Part shown: piece by piece, positions 35,973 to 47,300 of the stretch
How the letters are laid out: the number at the start of each line of letters is the position of its first letter
How positions within the stretch are numbered: the stretch's first letter is position 1
Assembly (NCBI GenBank): GCA_000146045.2
Contig: BK006943.2
Location: 448,001 to 512,000 of the forward strand
Direction: 5' to 3'
DNA length: 64,000 nt
DNA from: TPA_inf: Saccharomyces
Lineage: Eukaryota
Translations under genes and position numbers: made by a program
Notes under the pieces: generated by a model
What the model saw: only the letters and a program-made list of their open reading frames with translations
Told to the model about the DNA's origin: nothing
The model's database searches: none

Positions 35973-38196
35973 GTTGCCTTACTTTAACAGAAGATAACAG
36001 AAGTGAAGAACTTATATATTCTGATGAGTCTTTCATATTAGCCAATTCTGAATTTTCAGTAGATGATCTAGTAACATTACGACTGAAGCATGAAGACGAA
36101 GATACCGTTGATAAAGTTCCTGTGGTGGTTGAGGGTGAAAGGGATGATGTCTGGCTACTTTGTAACTGATATTGTAACACATTCACCAACTTAGCAGCTT
36201 GCGCACAGCGTATAGACAGCGTGAGATCGTGGAGTGTTCCAAATACACTAGCTTTGAAATCAGAGGAAGGAATCCGAAGTTGAACATCTTGTGCCGTTGA
36301 TCTATTGTACTTCCAGGTGGGTTCCAATTTCACAACCAATTTACACTTCTCCTTTTCGAAGTCTTTATATACAATTAGTAAGGTCTCGTTGTCTCCGGAT
36401 AAAATTAAAGACAAACACAGCATGTCCTTACTCAAAGGCACCCATGACTTGCCGTTCCAAAGGGAAACTTTTACCGAATCGTTTTCGAAATATACTGCTC
36501 CTCCAGATGTGTTTATGCTTAACGGAAACGATACATACGTTTCATCAACGTTATCGTCATGGGGGGTTGCTGATACCGGGGTAACTGATTGTTGATTGCC
36601 TGGCAAACTAAACAATGATCTTGAATGATTTTTGGGAATATCGATAGTTAGATTCTTTTTGTTTTTTGAGAAGATGCTTAGTAAAGATGAAGATTTACGC
36701 CGATAAAGCGTTGGCTTATAGAAATCGATATCTGGATCGAATAAATCTTTATCTCGTTTATCCTTTCCATCTTCAGAAATTATACTCTCAGAATCGTCAA
36801 TTTCAGACGCAACACTCTCTATTAGTTCGGGAGAGACACTCTCCAGGCTGAAAGTTTGAGAAGCTGTTCTAATGTTTTTTAAGGTAGGTGTGTCCATATA
36901 TTTAGGCGAGAGAGGTACTTGAATGCTCTTATCCAATTCAATTAGCTTTTCACAACTTAGGGATTCAATATCTTTCAGAGAGGTGTCAAGATCTGAATCT
37001 TCGCTAACTGTTGCCCTCTCACTCATGATTGACAGTGACTCCTCGTCAGGGTATTCATTAGAGGTCTCTATTAAGGAAGACAGACTTCCCGGCAAAGGAA
37101 TTGATCTATGCAGTGTGCGACCATTGTGTATTGTATCTGATATCTTTACAGAGCTAATAGGCATATCGTCATTTCTTTTAGGAGAAGTATAATCAGGGTT
37201 GTTACTCCTAACATAAACCTGTTGAGAAATTTTACTTCCAGATCGCTTGTATTCTTTTGTAGCTGTTGAGTCGAAAAGCTTTCTAATAACATGTTTCCAA
37301 TACTCTTGCCATTGAATAGGATCTTTGCAAGTTAACCTCAATACAATGCTATTATTTATCGGTACCTTTAGTTTTGCTCCACTATCATCAAGTCTGATGA
37401 GATCAAGATCGCCGGACCTAAATGGTCGAAATAGCAGCGACCTCCCGACATTCATTAAGTCATGGTTTCCTAACGCAAGGGATTGGAACAAGTTATCAAT
37501 GGTTTGTAATGTGTATGGCATTTTTTCAGAAAGAACCTCAAATATAGCTATCTCCCCATTATCTAATTCAAGGATTTCAACTAGTTTATTATTGATCGCC
37601 AACTTCTTTACATCTAGTCTGTAATATGCTCTATTTATAACCTTATTGGAATCGATTGGCGGAAGATTAATCAGGGAAACTTCGCCTGATATAACGTCAC
37701 GAACGCTTCCGTATTTCAGTGAGTTACAGCTTATAAAGTCATAGCAACTTTTAAATTTGTATACAAACGCACTGATTAGGGAGCCTAGTCGTACTTCATT
37801 TGTGACATAGAAAATGTCCCTCAACTTATAATAAACCTTGAATAGTAATACCGCAAAAAGCTTTTGTGAATCCATCCTAAAGTATGACATGTTCGCATCG
37901 AGAAGCAAATGCATACATCCAAATAAAAGATTATGATACAAATCGAGTATTTGCGCATCTTTGAATAAACTCTTGTAAGAATTCACTATGGATTGTGTTA
38001 GAGACATGTCATCATGATTTGCAGCATGCTTTCTCAAAATGCATCTCAAGTAACCGCTAATTTTTCTCATTTCATGACCAACTTTAACCATTGGGTCCAA
38101 GCTCGAACCATGGTACCTGCTATGGGACTCACAGACAACGAGTAATCGTTTTAACAGAGTCTCGAAGCTCGCTTCTTCCTTGTTAAATAATTCCAT
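35959..38196 (-). CDS. YJR030C, an uncharacterised 745-aa protein. Its last 4 codons and stop are supplied by Ty1 LTR sequence.
   Basis: The ORF is open 35959..38208. I prefer the Met at residue 5 (MELFNKEE…), giving 745 aa. Codons from the last C of the GCAAC target-site duplication copy onward (…LRNM*) lie inside the LTR at 35635..35972. Confidence 0.75.
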   Translation of the reverse strand: MELFNKEEASFETLLKRLLVVCESHSRYHGSSLDPMVKVGHEMRKISGYLRCILRKHAANHDDMSLTQSIVNSYKSLFKDAQILDLYHNLLFGCMHLLLDANMSYFRMDSQKLFAVLLFKVYYKLRDIFYVTNEVRLGSLISAFVYKFKSCYDFISCNSLKYGSVRDVISGEVSLINLPPIDSNKVINRAYYRLDVKKLAINNKLVEILELDNGEIAIFEVLSEKMPYTLQTIDNLFQSLALGNHDLMNVGRSLLFRPFRSGDLDLIRLDDSGAKLKVPINNSIVLRLTCKDPIQWQEYWKHVIRKLFDSTATKEYKRSGSKISQQVYVRSNNPDYTSPKRNDDMPISSVKISDTIHNGRTLHRSIPLPGSLSSLIETSNEYPDEESLSIMSERATVSEDSDLDTSLKDIESLSCEKLIELDKSIQVPLSPKYMDTPTLKNIRTASQTFSLESVSPELIESVASEIDDSESIISEDGKDKRDKDLFDPDIDFYKPTLYRRKSSSLLSIFSKNKKNLTIDIPKNHSRSLFSLPGNQQSVTPVSATPHDDNVDETYVSFPLSINTSGGAVYFENDSVKVSLWNGKSWVPLSKDMLCLSLILSGDNETLLIVYKDFEKEKCKLVVKLEPTWKYNRSTAQDVQLRIPSSDFKASVFGTLHDLTLSIRCAQAAKLVNVLQYQLQSSQTSSLSPSTTTGTLSTVSSSSCFSRNVTRSSTENSELANMKDSSEYISSSLLLSSVKVRQLRNM
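35973..35977. repeat. Right copy of the 5-bp target-site duplication GTTGC.
   Basis: It matches 24458..24462. Confidence 0.8.
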
Positions 38197-38403
38197 CCCG
38201 TCTCCCACACAATACTAATTTGCTTGCTCGTTCGTAATTAGAGGAACTTTTACTTGGTTCATGATGAATTTTAATTGAACTGAGGGTAAAAGAGTAATCT
38301 CGATAAGGGTACATTTTTATTTTTCCCATTAAGTGAAATTTCCTTCAAATTATTCTCGAAGCTTTCATGCCATTGGTGACACGAAAAAAAAATCTTGTTG
38401 TAT

Positions 38404-38435
38404 TTTATCTAACGCGTCGCGACGCGTTAGATAAA
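38404..38435. promoter_or_regulatory. 32-bp perfect palindrome containing two inverted MluI/MCB motifs (ACGCGTCGCGACGCGT).
   Basis: tttatctaACGCGTcgcgACGCGTtagataaa is its own reverse complement. It lies about 210 bp upstream of the YJR030C ATG and about 150 bp 3' of the GEA1 stop. Confidence 0.6.
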
Positions 38436-38585
38436 TATAACAGTAAATGATGGTATAAATGCCACCGTCGATATTTAAATGAGATTGCTTATATATCGCA
38501 TTATTACCTGCGAAAATCTAATTTACGACTCCTTGAAAAAATTCCATCATACTAAGTTTCTTGGTATAGTTACATTATCGTTGGT

Positions 38586-41500
38586 CTACTCCTTCTCGAT
38601 TTCCCTCTTAGAAATAATCAACTCTTGCAACTGCCTTTCCACCGTAGGATCATCTACATACTTGTTAAATACGTTAAGCACTCTCAAAAAAGTTTCGTTA
38701 CTTGTTACGCCTTCCACAAGTTGACCCAAGAAGATTTTAGAAAGAACGGATAAAATGCTAGTAATTCGTTTCATCTTGACATCTTGGATTTCATCCAACT
38801 CAAAAATCGGTAATAATCCTGTCTCTAGTAGGTTATCCACCGCAACTTTTTCCGTACGTAGTTGACTTGCTCGAGATAACAGAATGTTCTCTAATGCTTG
38901 CAATGCTTGCATACCTAGTTCGTCACAGGGATTGAGGCATTGATGGGCGAGACCTTGAATAGCAGCTATAATCTCATTCTTGTTGAGTGCTGAATTACTC
39001 CTCCCAACAGTCGAAAGTAGGTCTGCAGTTATATTAATGGAACGACTAGAAAGATCAATAATAGAACGGTATGGATTGGATTCAGGTGCTTCACACCCAT
39101 CCTCGACTGAATTTTCATAATTTTGTTCCCATTTTGTGCCAACGGCACCTGCACATGACATTTCATCAAGCAGACTTAATATGTTCATAAAGTTCCCATC
39201 ATCTACAAAGATATCACCATTTTGAATGTATTTTTCCAAAAATGTGTAGACGGCAAATTGGCGGTCTTTGGCTGATATTAATATCCTTAAAAAATTCCAA
39301 AATTTTACATTTTTGAGAGCCCGCTCATTGTATTTTACGTCATTGAGATGTGTAAACAGATCATTTATTACTTGCTTCCCCCATTCACTTTCATAATATT
39401 TAGTATTGAAGATTTCATTTTTTACCAAAAAGTCGTGTTCTATTAAATCACTTAAAATGTCCCGTGGATTATCAAATCTCGAAACCAAAAACATTTTATA
39501 CGAGGCAAGTCTTGCAATAGCCTCCTTGGAAAGGCCATCTAAATTCGAAATATTAATCATATGATCAGCAATTAGTGCTCCAAATTCTTGTCCATAAGAA
39601 GCCTCTGATATTAATATAATGGATATTTCCAACAAAAAGAGAAGTTCTTGTTCGAAATAGGGCGAATTTTCACTCGTTTTTTCAATCACAAGTGAAGAGA
39701 GAAGAGTTTCAATCATCTTAGGACTGACGAGTTGATTGTTCTCAAAGACTGAACTGAGAGGATGGCTAGCCTTAACGCACTCAAATGCTTTAATGGAAAA
39801 ATCGATGTCTTCTTCCGAAGGTTCTTCATCGCCTTTCAAGTAAGAGGCGAAAGTAGACAGAAGGCTTCTGCTCATCTTTGCCTTGCGGATCGATATATCT
39901 GGATCTGGCAATGGTAGTTCAGGAAGTTTCAAGAGTGAATGAAAGTTTGTAAAAAATGGTAAATTAGGTTCCATCAATAAATTCTCGAATAATTTCAAAA
40001 TGAGTTGCACAATCTGGTTCCATAGTCTGGTAGAAACAATGCTAGGATCACTTATTTCTTTAATGATTTGAAAGTACAATACGGTACATAACTGAGCCTT
40101 AAAGTTTTGTCCAAGTCTTATACTCTGGTTACTAACGGATATCTTCGACCCAGTGTCTTCGACGAATATCTCGACCAAAGGAATACTGTCAACATCTAGC
40201 TCCACCGCTTTTGCGCTACTTTGTGCCAATGTTGTCATTTCTCCCAGATGAAGTACAGTATCATTATATGACTGGTCAAAAGAAAAGTAATAGTTGATAA
40301 ATGTACACTTACTAATGGCGTCCAAGATACGTAATGATATTTGATCACTGGAAGCAACTGTGAATATTTTGAATAAAGTCTTCAGGATAATATCTCTAAC
40401 ATTTGAGAAAATTGCTTTCTCATACTGAAGTATGTCTATTTGCGCTAACTTAGAAATAGGGTTTGTGAAATCTCTTTGCATCTCTGTCATCACAGATGTT
40501 GAGGATATTAAGTTATTCCAGGCATCTTCAAACCACCTTTCATTTCCATGATGTTCTTCAGGCATTACTATTTCCTTAACTTTGATGGACGTGTAAATTT
40601 TATGCAAATACCAACGAGGAAAATCTTTTCCATTGTAGCATCCTCGTAAATTGTTAGAGTAGTCATCAAAAGTCATATGGTCTTTAACCTGCGGGTTATG
40701 TGAATCGGTATTTAACATGATTATCGAATAACTTAACACAAACACAGAGTCTGCATCAGGCTGTACATGAATGATGTCATCTTCTGTCATTGACTCTGAG
40801 CCATTTTTTCCTGCTTTTTTATCCTCTAACTCCACTTTATCATTGCTTTGATCAGCAGAATATTTTGATGAAAATGCTTCAACGATTCTTTCAATCTGTT
40901 GAGATTCCCCTGGTAATCTGAATTTCGTCAGCAAAATTCTGATCGCTTCATCAACCCTTAACCCTTTAAAATCGAATAGATCTATAAATTCTTTTAACAA
41001 TGAAGTTTTTTTCGGATCACAAAGTAATAGACCGATGGTTTTCTTATTTAAACGTCCGTTATTGAGAAACAAAAATGAAGCAATGTCTCTATTAGAATCC
41101 GAATCAATGAATCCTTTTTCAATTAACATTTGAATGCCTTTCTTTGCCTTTTCATTAAATGTTTCAACGCATAATATGAATTCAGTCTTTCTGTCTCTCT
41201 GTTTCAAAATATCAATTTCTTTCTGATTTTTTACGAATTCTGCCCTATCAAATCTCTGCAGATCATTGTATATATTTTCAATAAGCGAAAGTACACCTTC
41301 TAGGCAAATTGGAGGAATGTTGTTAGAGGTATTAACGGCCGCCGCTGGTAAAGAAAATTTAGTTAGCTCTTTTATAAAGTCAATCGAAAGATCCGACCTA
41401 TCCAAATTACAATCGAAATTTACAAAAAGTTGCAAAAAGAAAGCGGGAGAGTGAATCCACAGTATTGAAAGTTGTTCAATAATTAATTCCCTGATTGCAG

Positions 41501-42812
41501 GTGGTTTTTGCTTACTAACGTCACCACTGATTGTGGTATCCTCTAGAATTTCGAATATTCTCCTTAAAGTCAGTTCAATCTGCATAGGCAAATAATCACC
41601 CAATATCACAACCAAACTCGTGAATAATTGTAAAGTTGCTTGCAAAAGAGAATACTGGGTAGAACTTTGTATAATGAATAAAACACTTTTAAATATTGGA
41701 TCAGAAATTAAGCTGAATAACCGGGGATATAGAGGAAATTTGTCACCGGATATTTCAATGGCTGCATTGATTAACTGTAGAGATAATTTCATGGCCGAAG
41801 TTGTGTGCTTCATTCTATTCTCTGGCATAACCAGTGATAACAATAATCCAAGATAATCCTTTATAACTGTTATTCCGTAATTTGGCTCGACATTTTCGGC
41901 TTTCTCAGCCGTTTCCTCATCATTTTCCTGTTCCCTTATGACCTGTTGGACTGGCTTCTCATTTTTATTATCGTCTGCAACAGCACTGTCATCATCAGTG
42001 CTACTCAAATCGTTATCAGAGGTAGTCGTACCTATAATGTCATCCTTCAAATTATTGTCGGTGTAACTTTCATCATTGATATATTTTTCTGTTTTTGTAG
42101 GTGGATCTAGTAACTTCAACTTTGTAAATAGTTTAACGGTTATCCCTGCAATTGTAACTTCAGCCGTTTTCCTCAAAACCTCGCTTCTCTGCGTATTACA
42201 TGCCAAGGAAAGTGTCGTTTGTAAAACATCGTAGATTATAGTATCGGAGAGATAGTCTCCAAAGGAAGAGGTTATAATATCGCGTAGTAATGTTACAACT
42301 TTTAATAAAACAGAGTCGTCCGAAATTTGCTTTGAAGCTTCAAATCTACAATGTGTAAGCGCAACAACGGTTTCCCTAACGGCAATTTGAATATCATTAA
42401 ATGTTTTGTTTATGATTTTTAGTGTAAAAACTTTCTGCAACGAGTCCAGAGCCAGAGAAGTAGTATAACCCGATACTGAACTAGCGCTGACTATTTCTAA
42501 AAATGGTTTCAAAAGTTCCAAGGCGTTTAATGAATCTAAACCCTTCAAGTCGTTAATTTTTAGCCGCAGCTGTACTAAACCAGATATCAGAGGATCATGA
42601 TAGCTAGAAGTAGGCAAATTGTGGAAGCTGTCAACAAACGAATCACTTTGACTCAAGAATATATCACTACCTCCGCCCAGCAACGCGGCCACACTTGTTT
42701 GTGATTTATCTCTGGACTGCTTGTTCATGGCAGAACAAAGATTGATGCACTCTTTGACAATCATCGTAGCTGGGTTCACGGCCAAAACAGTTTCCATTGG
42801 CACGTCGTGCAT
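38586..42812 (-). CDS. GEA1: ARF guanine-nucleotide exchange factor (Sec7 domain, GBF1 family), 1408 aa.
   Basis: Full ORF with a Sec7 domain. Its size and position match GEA1 (YJR031C). Confidence 0.85.
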   Translation of the reverse strand: MHDVPMETVLAVNPATMIVKECINLCSAMNKQSRDKSQTSVAALLGGGSDIFLSQSDSFVDSFHNLPTSSYHDPLISGLVQLRLKINDLKGLDSLNALELLKPFLEIVSASSVSGYTTSLALDSLQKVFTLKIINKTFNDIQIAVRETVVALTHCRFEASKQISDDSVLLKVVTLLRDIITSSFGDYLSDTIIYDVLQTTLSLACNTQRSEVLRKTAEVTIAGITVKLFTKLKLLDPPTKTEKYINDESYTDNNLKDDIIGTTTSDNDLSSTDDDSAVADDNKNEKPVQQVIREQENDEETAEKAENVEPNYGITVIKDYLGLLLSLVMPENRMKHTTSAMKLSLQLINAAIEISGDKFPLYPRLFSLISDPIFKSVLFIIQSSTQYSLLQATLQLFTSLVVILGDYLPMQIELTLRRIFEILEDTTISGDVSKQKPPAIRELIIEQLSILWIHSPAFFLQLFVNFDCNLDRSDLSIDFIKELTKFSLPAAAVNTSNNIPPICLEGVLSLIENIYNDLQRFDRAEFVKNQKEIDILKQRDRKTEFILCVETFNEKAKKGIQMLIEKGFIDSDSNRDIASFLFLNNGRLNKKTIGLLLCDPKKTSLLKEFIDLFDFKGLRVDEAIRILLTKFRLPGESQQIERIVEAFSSKYSADQSNDKVELEDKKAGKNGSESMTEDDIIHVQPDADSVFVLSYSIIMLNTDSHNPQVKDHMTFDDYSNNLRGCYNGKDFPRWYLHKIYTSIKVKEIVMPEEHHGNERWFEDAWNNLISSTSVMTEMQRDFTNPISKLAQIDILQYEKAIFSNVRDIILKTLFKIFTVASSDQISLRILDAISKCTFINYYFSFDQSYNDTVLHLGEMTTLAQSSAKAVELDVDSIPLVEIFVEDTGSKISVSNQSIRLGQNFKAQLCTVLYFQIIKEISDPSIVSTRLWNQIVQLILKLFENLLMEPNLPFFTNFHSLLKLPELPLPDPDISIRKAKMSRSLLSTFASYLKGDEEPSEEDIDFSIKAFECVKASHPLSSVFENNQLVSPKMIETLLSSLVIEKTSENSPYFEQELLFLLEISIILISEASYGQEFGALIADHMINISNLDGLSKEAIARLASYKMFLVSRFDNPRDILSDLIEHDFLVKNEIFNTKYYESEWGKQVINDLFTHLNDVKYNERALKNVKFWNFLRILISAKDRQFAVYTFLEKYIQNGDIFVDDGNFMNILSLLDEMSCAGAVGTKWEQNYENSVEDGCEAPESNPYRSIIDLSSRSINITADLLSTVGRSNSALNKNEIIAAIQGLAHQCLNPCDELGMQALQALENILLSRASQLRTEKVAVDNLLETGLLPIFELDEIQDVKMKRITSILSVLSKIFLGQLVEGVTSNETFLRVLNVFNKYVDDPTVERQLQELIISKREIEKE

Positions 42813-43080
42813 TTTGTATATGAAGCCGTATTAGTTAAACCTGGGCGCTTCTTACCAAAGTTGCGAATTAACTTAACTAAGATGGTTCAATTCTCTGTGT
42901 AAAGTATCCATATTAAAAGGTCTTAGTTCCAACATGTAAACAAAGAGATCTATATATTGTTTTTTTTCCAATGCGCTGAGTGATGAAGTGATTAGAAAAT
43001 CATAAAAATGAGAAACTGCAAAGAAAAAAAAAGTCGTTATTCTGAAAGGTGTTCGGCAGCAACAACCTACATCCAACGCG

Positions 43081-44262
43081 ATGATTCAAGATCCCCTTGT
43101 ATATTTAGACATCTCCATTGATAAAAAACCAATTGGTCGTATTGTCTGCAAACTTTTTCGTGAGAAGGCTCCTAAAACAACAGAGAATTTTTATAAGTTA
43201 TGCGCTGGTGATGTTAAGAGTCCTTTGAAGGATCAACAGTACCTGAGCTATAAGGGAAATGGTTTTCATAGAGTCGTTAAGAATTTTATGATCCAGGCAG
43301 GTGACATTGTCTTTGGGACACAAAAGGATTCCTCTTCATCGTCTGTTGGAAAAGGTGGATGTTCAATTTACGCTGATAAAGAGGAAGTGAAAACCGATGA
43401 TGAATCTTTCTGTTACGGGAATTTTGAAGACGAAAACTTGGGAGAGTTTGTAGAACCCTTTACCTTAGGTATGGCCAATTTAGGTTCTCCAAATACGAAC
43501 AATTCCCAGTTTTTCATAACTACATACGCCGCACCTCATTTGAACGGCAAGCATTCTATTTTTGGGCAGGTGGTTCATGGAAAATCAGTGGTTCGCACTA
43601 TAGAAAACTGCAGGGTAGATTCTGATGGAGTCCCTGAATCAGACGTTAGAATCAGCGACTGTGGAGTGTGGGAAAAAACTATGGGTGTCCCGCTTTACAA
43701 CGCTTCTAATGACCAAATTGGCGGTGACGTATACGAAGAATATCCAGACGATGATACACATTTCGGTGACGATGATTTTGGTAAGGCTCTTGAGGCTGCT
43801 AATATAATCAAAGAATCTGGGACGCTCTTATTTAAGAAAAAGGATTACTCTAATGCCTTTTTCAAATACAGAAAATCTTTAAATTATATCAATGAATACA
43901 TGCCTGAACCCGACGTAGACAAAGAAAGAAACATCCAATTTATTAACCTAAAGATGAAAATTTACCTAAATTTATCTTTGGTGCTCTTTAATCTGGAAAG
44001 ATACGATGATGCTATCATGTATGCTACGTATTTATTGGAGATGGATAACGTTCCTAACAGAGATCAAGCAAAGGCTTATTATAGAAGAGGTAACAGTTAC
44101 TTAAAAAAAAAGAGACTAGACGAAGCTTTACAAGATTATATTTTTTGTAAAGAGAAAAATCCCGATGACGAAGTTATAGAACAAAGAATAGAATATGTCA
44201 ATAGGCTCATAGAAGAGAATAAGGAAAAGACAAGAAAGAATATATCAAAGTTTTTCTCCTAA
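43081..44262 (+). CDS. CPR7: Cyclophilin-40-type peptidyl-prolyl isomerase with C-terminal TPR repeats, 393 aa.
   Basis: An N-terminal cyclophilin domain (HRVVKNFMIQAGD) is followed by TPR repeats. The product matches CPR7 (YJR032W). Confidence 0.85.
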   Translation: MIQDPLVYLDISIDKKPIGRIVCKLFREKAPKTTENFYKLCAGDVKSPLKDQQYLSYKGNGFHRVVKNFMIQAGDIVFGTQKDSSSSSVGKGGCSIYADKEEVKTDDESFCYGNFEDENLGEFVEPFTLGMANLGSPNTNNSQFFITTYAAPHLNGKHSIFGQVVHGKSVVRTIENCRVDSDGVPESDVRISDCGVWEKTMGVPLYNASNDQIGGDVYEEYPDDDTHFGDDDFGKALEAANIIKESGTLLFKKKDYSNAFFKYRKSLNYINEYMPEPDVDKERNIQFINLKMKIYLNLSLVLFNLERYDDAIMYATYLLEMDNVPNRDQAKAYYRRGNSYLKKKRLDEALQDYIFCKEKNPDDEVIEQRIEYVNRLIEENKEKTRKNISKFFS

Positions 44263-44377
44263 TTAGTTACTTGTAAGGCTGAAATTTGAGATTAAATAAC
44301 CCAATATGAAAACACTACATTAATAAGATGTAATTATTTTTATTTATAAATCCATTTATTTGATAAAAAATATGATA

Positions 44378-47300
44378 TCATACAAAGTCATCTAGTAAGT
44401 TCTTGGTAATAGCAGATTTTTTTGGCTTCTGTGGCTTTTGTGATGAAAGATCATCTAATATGTCCTTAGAGAGTTTATCTTTCCTATTTTCTGAGTTGTC
44501 TGTTTCACCCACAGAGTCGTTTGGCGCTTTTGGAGTTAAATTCTCTTTATGCTGAGAATATGAAGGAGAGACGAACTCATCCAGTATACTTCTAGGTGCA
44601 GAAGAAGAACTTTGAGCGAGGGAATTTGAAGAAGTGCTATTTGGTGGTGGTTGCAAGAAGTCGTCTAATAAGCTATTTGGTAACTTTGGATTAGGTGACT
44701 CTATATCTGAAGCACTTGGCGAGCCAAACTTATCAAAAAGACTGGGCCTCATCCTAGCAGTAGAAATTGGTTCAGACGCCATGGCGCCAATAGCAGAATA
44801 TGCTCTATCCTTGGTGGGGCTCTTTAATAGCTTCTGAACTGGTATGGAATTTCTTTCGATGAACTTCCAATTCTTCACAAGTGAAACCGCCAGGTAATTG
44901 CAACCCATTCGGCAAAGAATATCAGTAACTCTTAAGATCAGAGTACACTCGATTTTTGCTTCAACATTTAGAGATCCAATGAAATACTTCAAGTTTCTGT
45001 TTCTCAGGTGATTGTATAGATAGAGCAAAGCAGGGTCTTCAACAAGGAATGATCTGTTAACACAGACTTCCTTATCAACAATGCTTGAGTTGTTTTCTAA
45101 ATCAATCGGAGCAGTCAGCAAAGCTTTAATAGCCACTTCCTGCTTTCTCAATTTCCAGTAAATGAAACTTGCTTTCCATCTATCATTCTCCTTTATTGTT
45201 TCAGGTAGCATTTGCGCTGTCAATAGCTCTCCCAACACGGGTCCATTATCACCTTCATAAACACGACATACACCGATTGCCAAATCCATATCATGCACTT
45301 GCTTGCAAAGAACGTTGACACAATCTTTTAGAGAGTCAGTTAAGAGAAAGAAAACTGCTGCATCCATATATCTATGCTTACTTAGCAGAACAAAAGCATT
45401 TTTGAGTGCTGCCGTTCTCCACCTCGGTACAGTGAAATCATTACTGATAAATCTAACCATCTTTTGCTGCTCAGGATGACCAATAGCCATCTTCCACAAG
45501 CTCAATAGTATCTGTTTTTTCTTCAACGCAAGATAAAAAATAGCACAACGGCTTGGATCCCTCTTATCATCTTTGGAAAATTCATATTTTGCAATATCCT
45601 CGAATTTCTTCACCAAGTCCTGCTCCTTAATCCAATAGGCTATTCTATATTCTCGAGCGCGATTCCATGAGGTTATGTGGCGGTCAATAGAAGATAATAA
45701 TATTTCTTTATTGTCTGAGTGCAATGCCCAAGACACATCCCTCATCAATATGCTTTTTTGAATATTTTTATGTGATAAAAATAACTTCACGCCCAACAAG
45801 AACCTAACACCGTTGTAATCTACTATATTCTCATTTTTGGTGACTTCATCCACTGCTTCAATGACTGTGATAAGCGTGATCTGCTGGTGGCGGGTTAGAT
45901 AAGGCAAAGTTGTTTTCGTTAGTTGCTCAGTAAGTGCTAGAGACACTGTCTTATTGAAACAGGGGTATGGATCAGGGAAAGATTCGACCGGATAGTCTCT
46001 ATCTTTAGCAATAAAGTACTTTAATGGATCCATTCCTAGATTGGAATCCAAATTAGATACATCTTGCGATTCAAAGTCTAATTTTCTTAACGCTAAAAAC
46101 AATCTTAATAACAGCTCCTTGACAAGTTGTAACTTATTCGCATAAATGGCTTGAATCAAAAATTGTGGATGATAAACTGGAAGTGGACCATTTAAAACAC
46201 TACTTAAATGGAGAATATCATTTGATAAAATTTTTCTTGAACCAATTGATTGGTACGTAAATGGATCAGTCAAATCCAGAGATTTATCCTTGATGTAAAA
46301 TTGATTTCCGGAAGCAACAACAAACGTGCCATTTTTCATCCATACGGAGTCACCTATATTATGAGCTGTATGTGCTGTGATATCAATTTTTTCAATAGGT
46401 AGGTAACTAGGTGTGTTGTTCGTGTAATCATACCTTAATTGAGTATAAAGTAAAGCGTATCCTGTAAATCCGATAGAGACAATGCTTTGGCCATATTCCG
46501 TGCTTGTCCAATCTATATCCTCGATAGGATTATGAAATGTTTCTTCGTATTCAAGAACTCCCCTGTTCAGGTCCCATAGTGACATTACTTTACCAGTAGA
46601 ATTAACAATACATAACTTACCTGTAGATGATCCTCTAATACATGTACAATTCATTATTCCGGTGTTAATTTCACATGCCTTGATCCATTGGACATGCCTA
46701 TCATTATAATTAACGATGGCTTTATACGTTCTGGTAAGACCTTTTTTAGTAATCAAAGAAATCAAAGGCCTGTTACTCACAAAAGTTTGATGTACAGGGT
46801 CAATAATGGAGATCTTGTATATGTCGTCACCATCGATATCTAATGAATCAGACTTTACTTCAAAAATACCACGTGTTAAAGAGACTTCAAAAGCTTTGAT
46901 TGAACCATCAGAGAATATTAACGCGGTGAAATGACGCTCATGACTATGCTTTGGCTCAGGTGTATTTAACATAACTATTGGATGGATTTTTTTCTCCTCT
47001 TTCAGTCTCGTTTCCACACGTAAATATGATTGCTTCTGTTCACTGTCCTCCTTACGATTCGTTGGACATTCCCAGGCTTGTAAAGCCCCATTTTCGAGAA
47101 GACAGATGACCTGTTTACCCAACTCATGTACAACTGCAAATTTTATGGGAGATTCTGTTTGTATTGTATTTTGTAACCGCAGTGAAACCCCATGGTTTAA
47201 CTTTTGTGGGTACCAAACGCCATTTTCTGAGAATCTCGAAGTGGTTAATAAAGCTTCGCCGTCGCTGCTTCTTACCAACTTCTGCACAGATTTGTTATGT

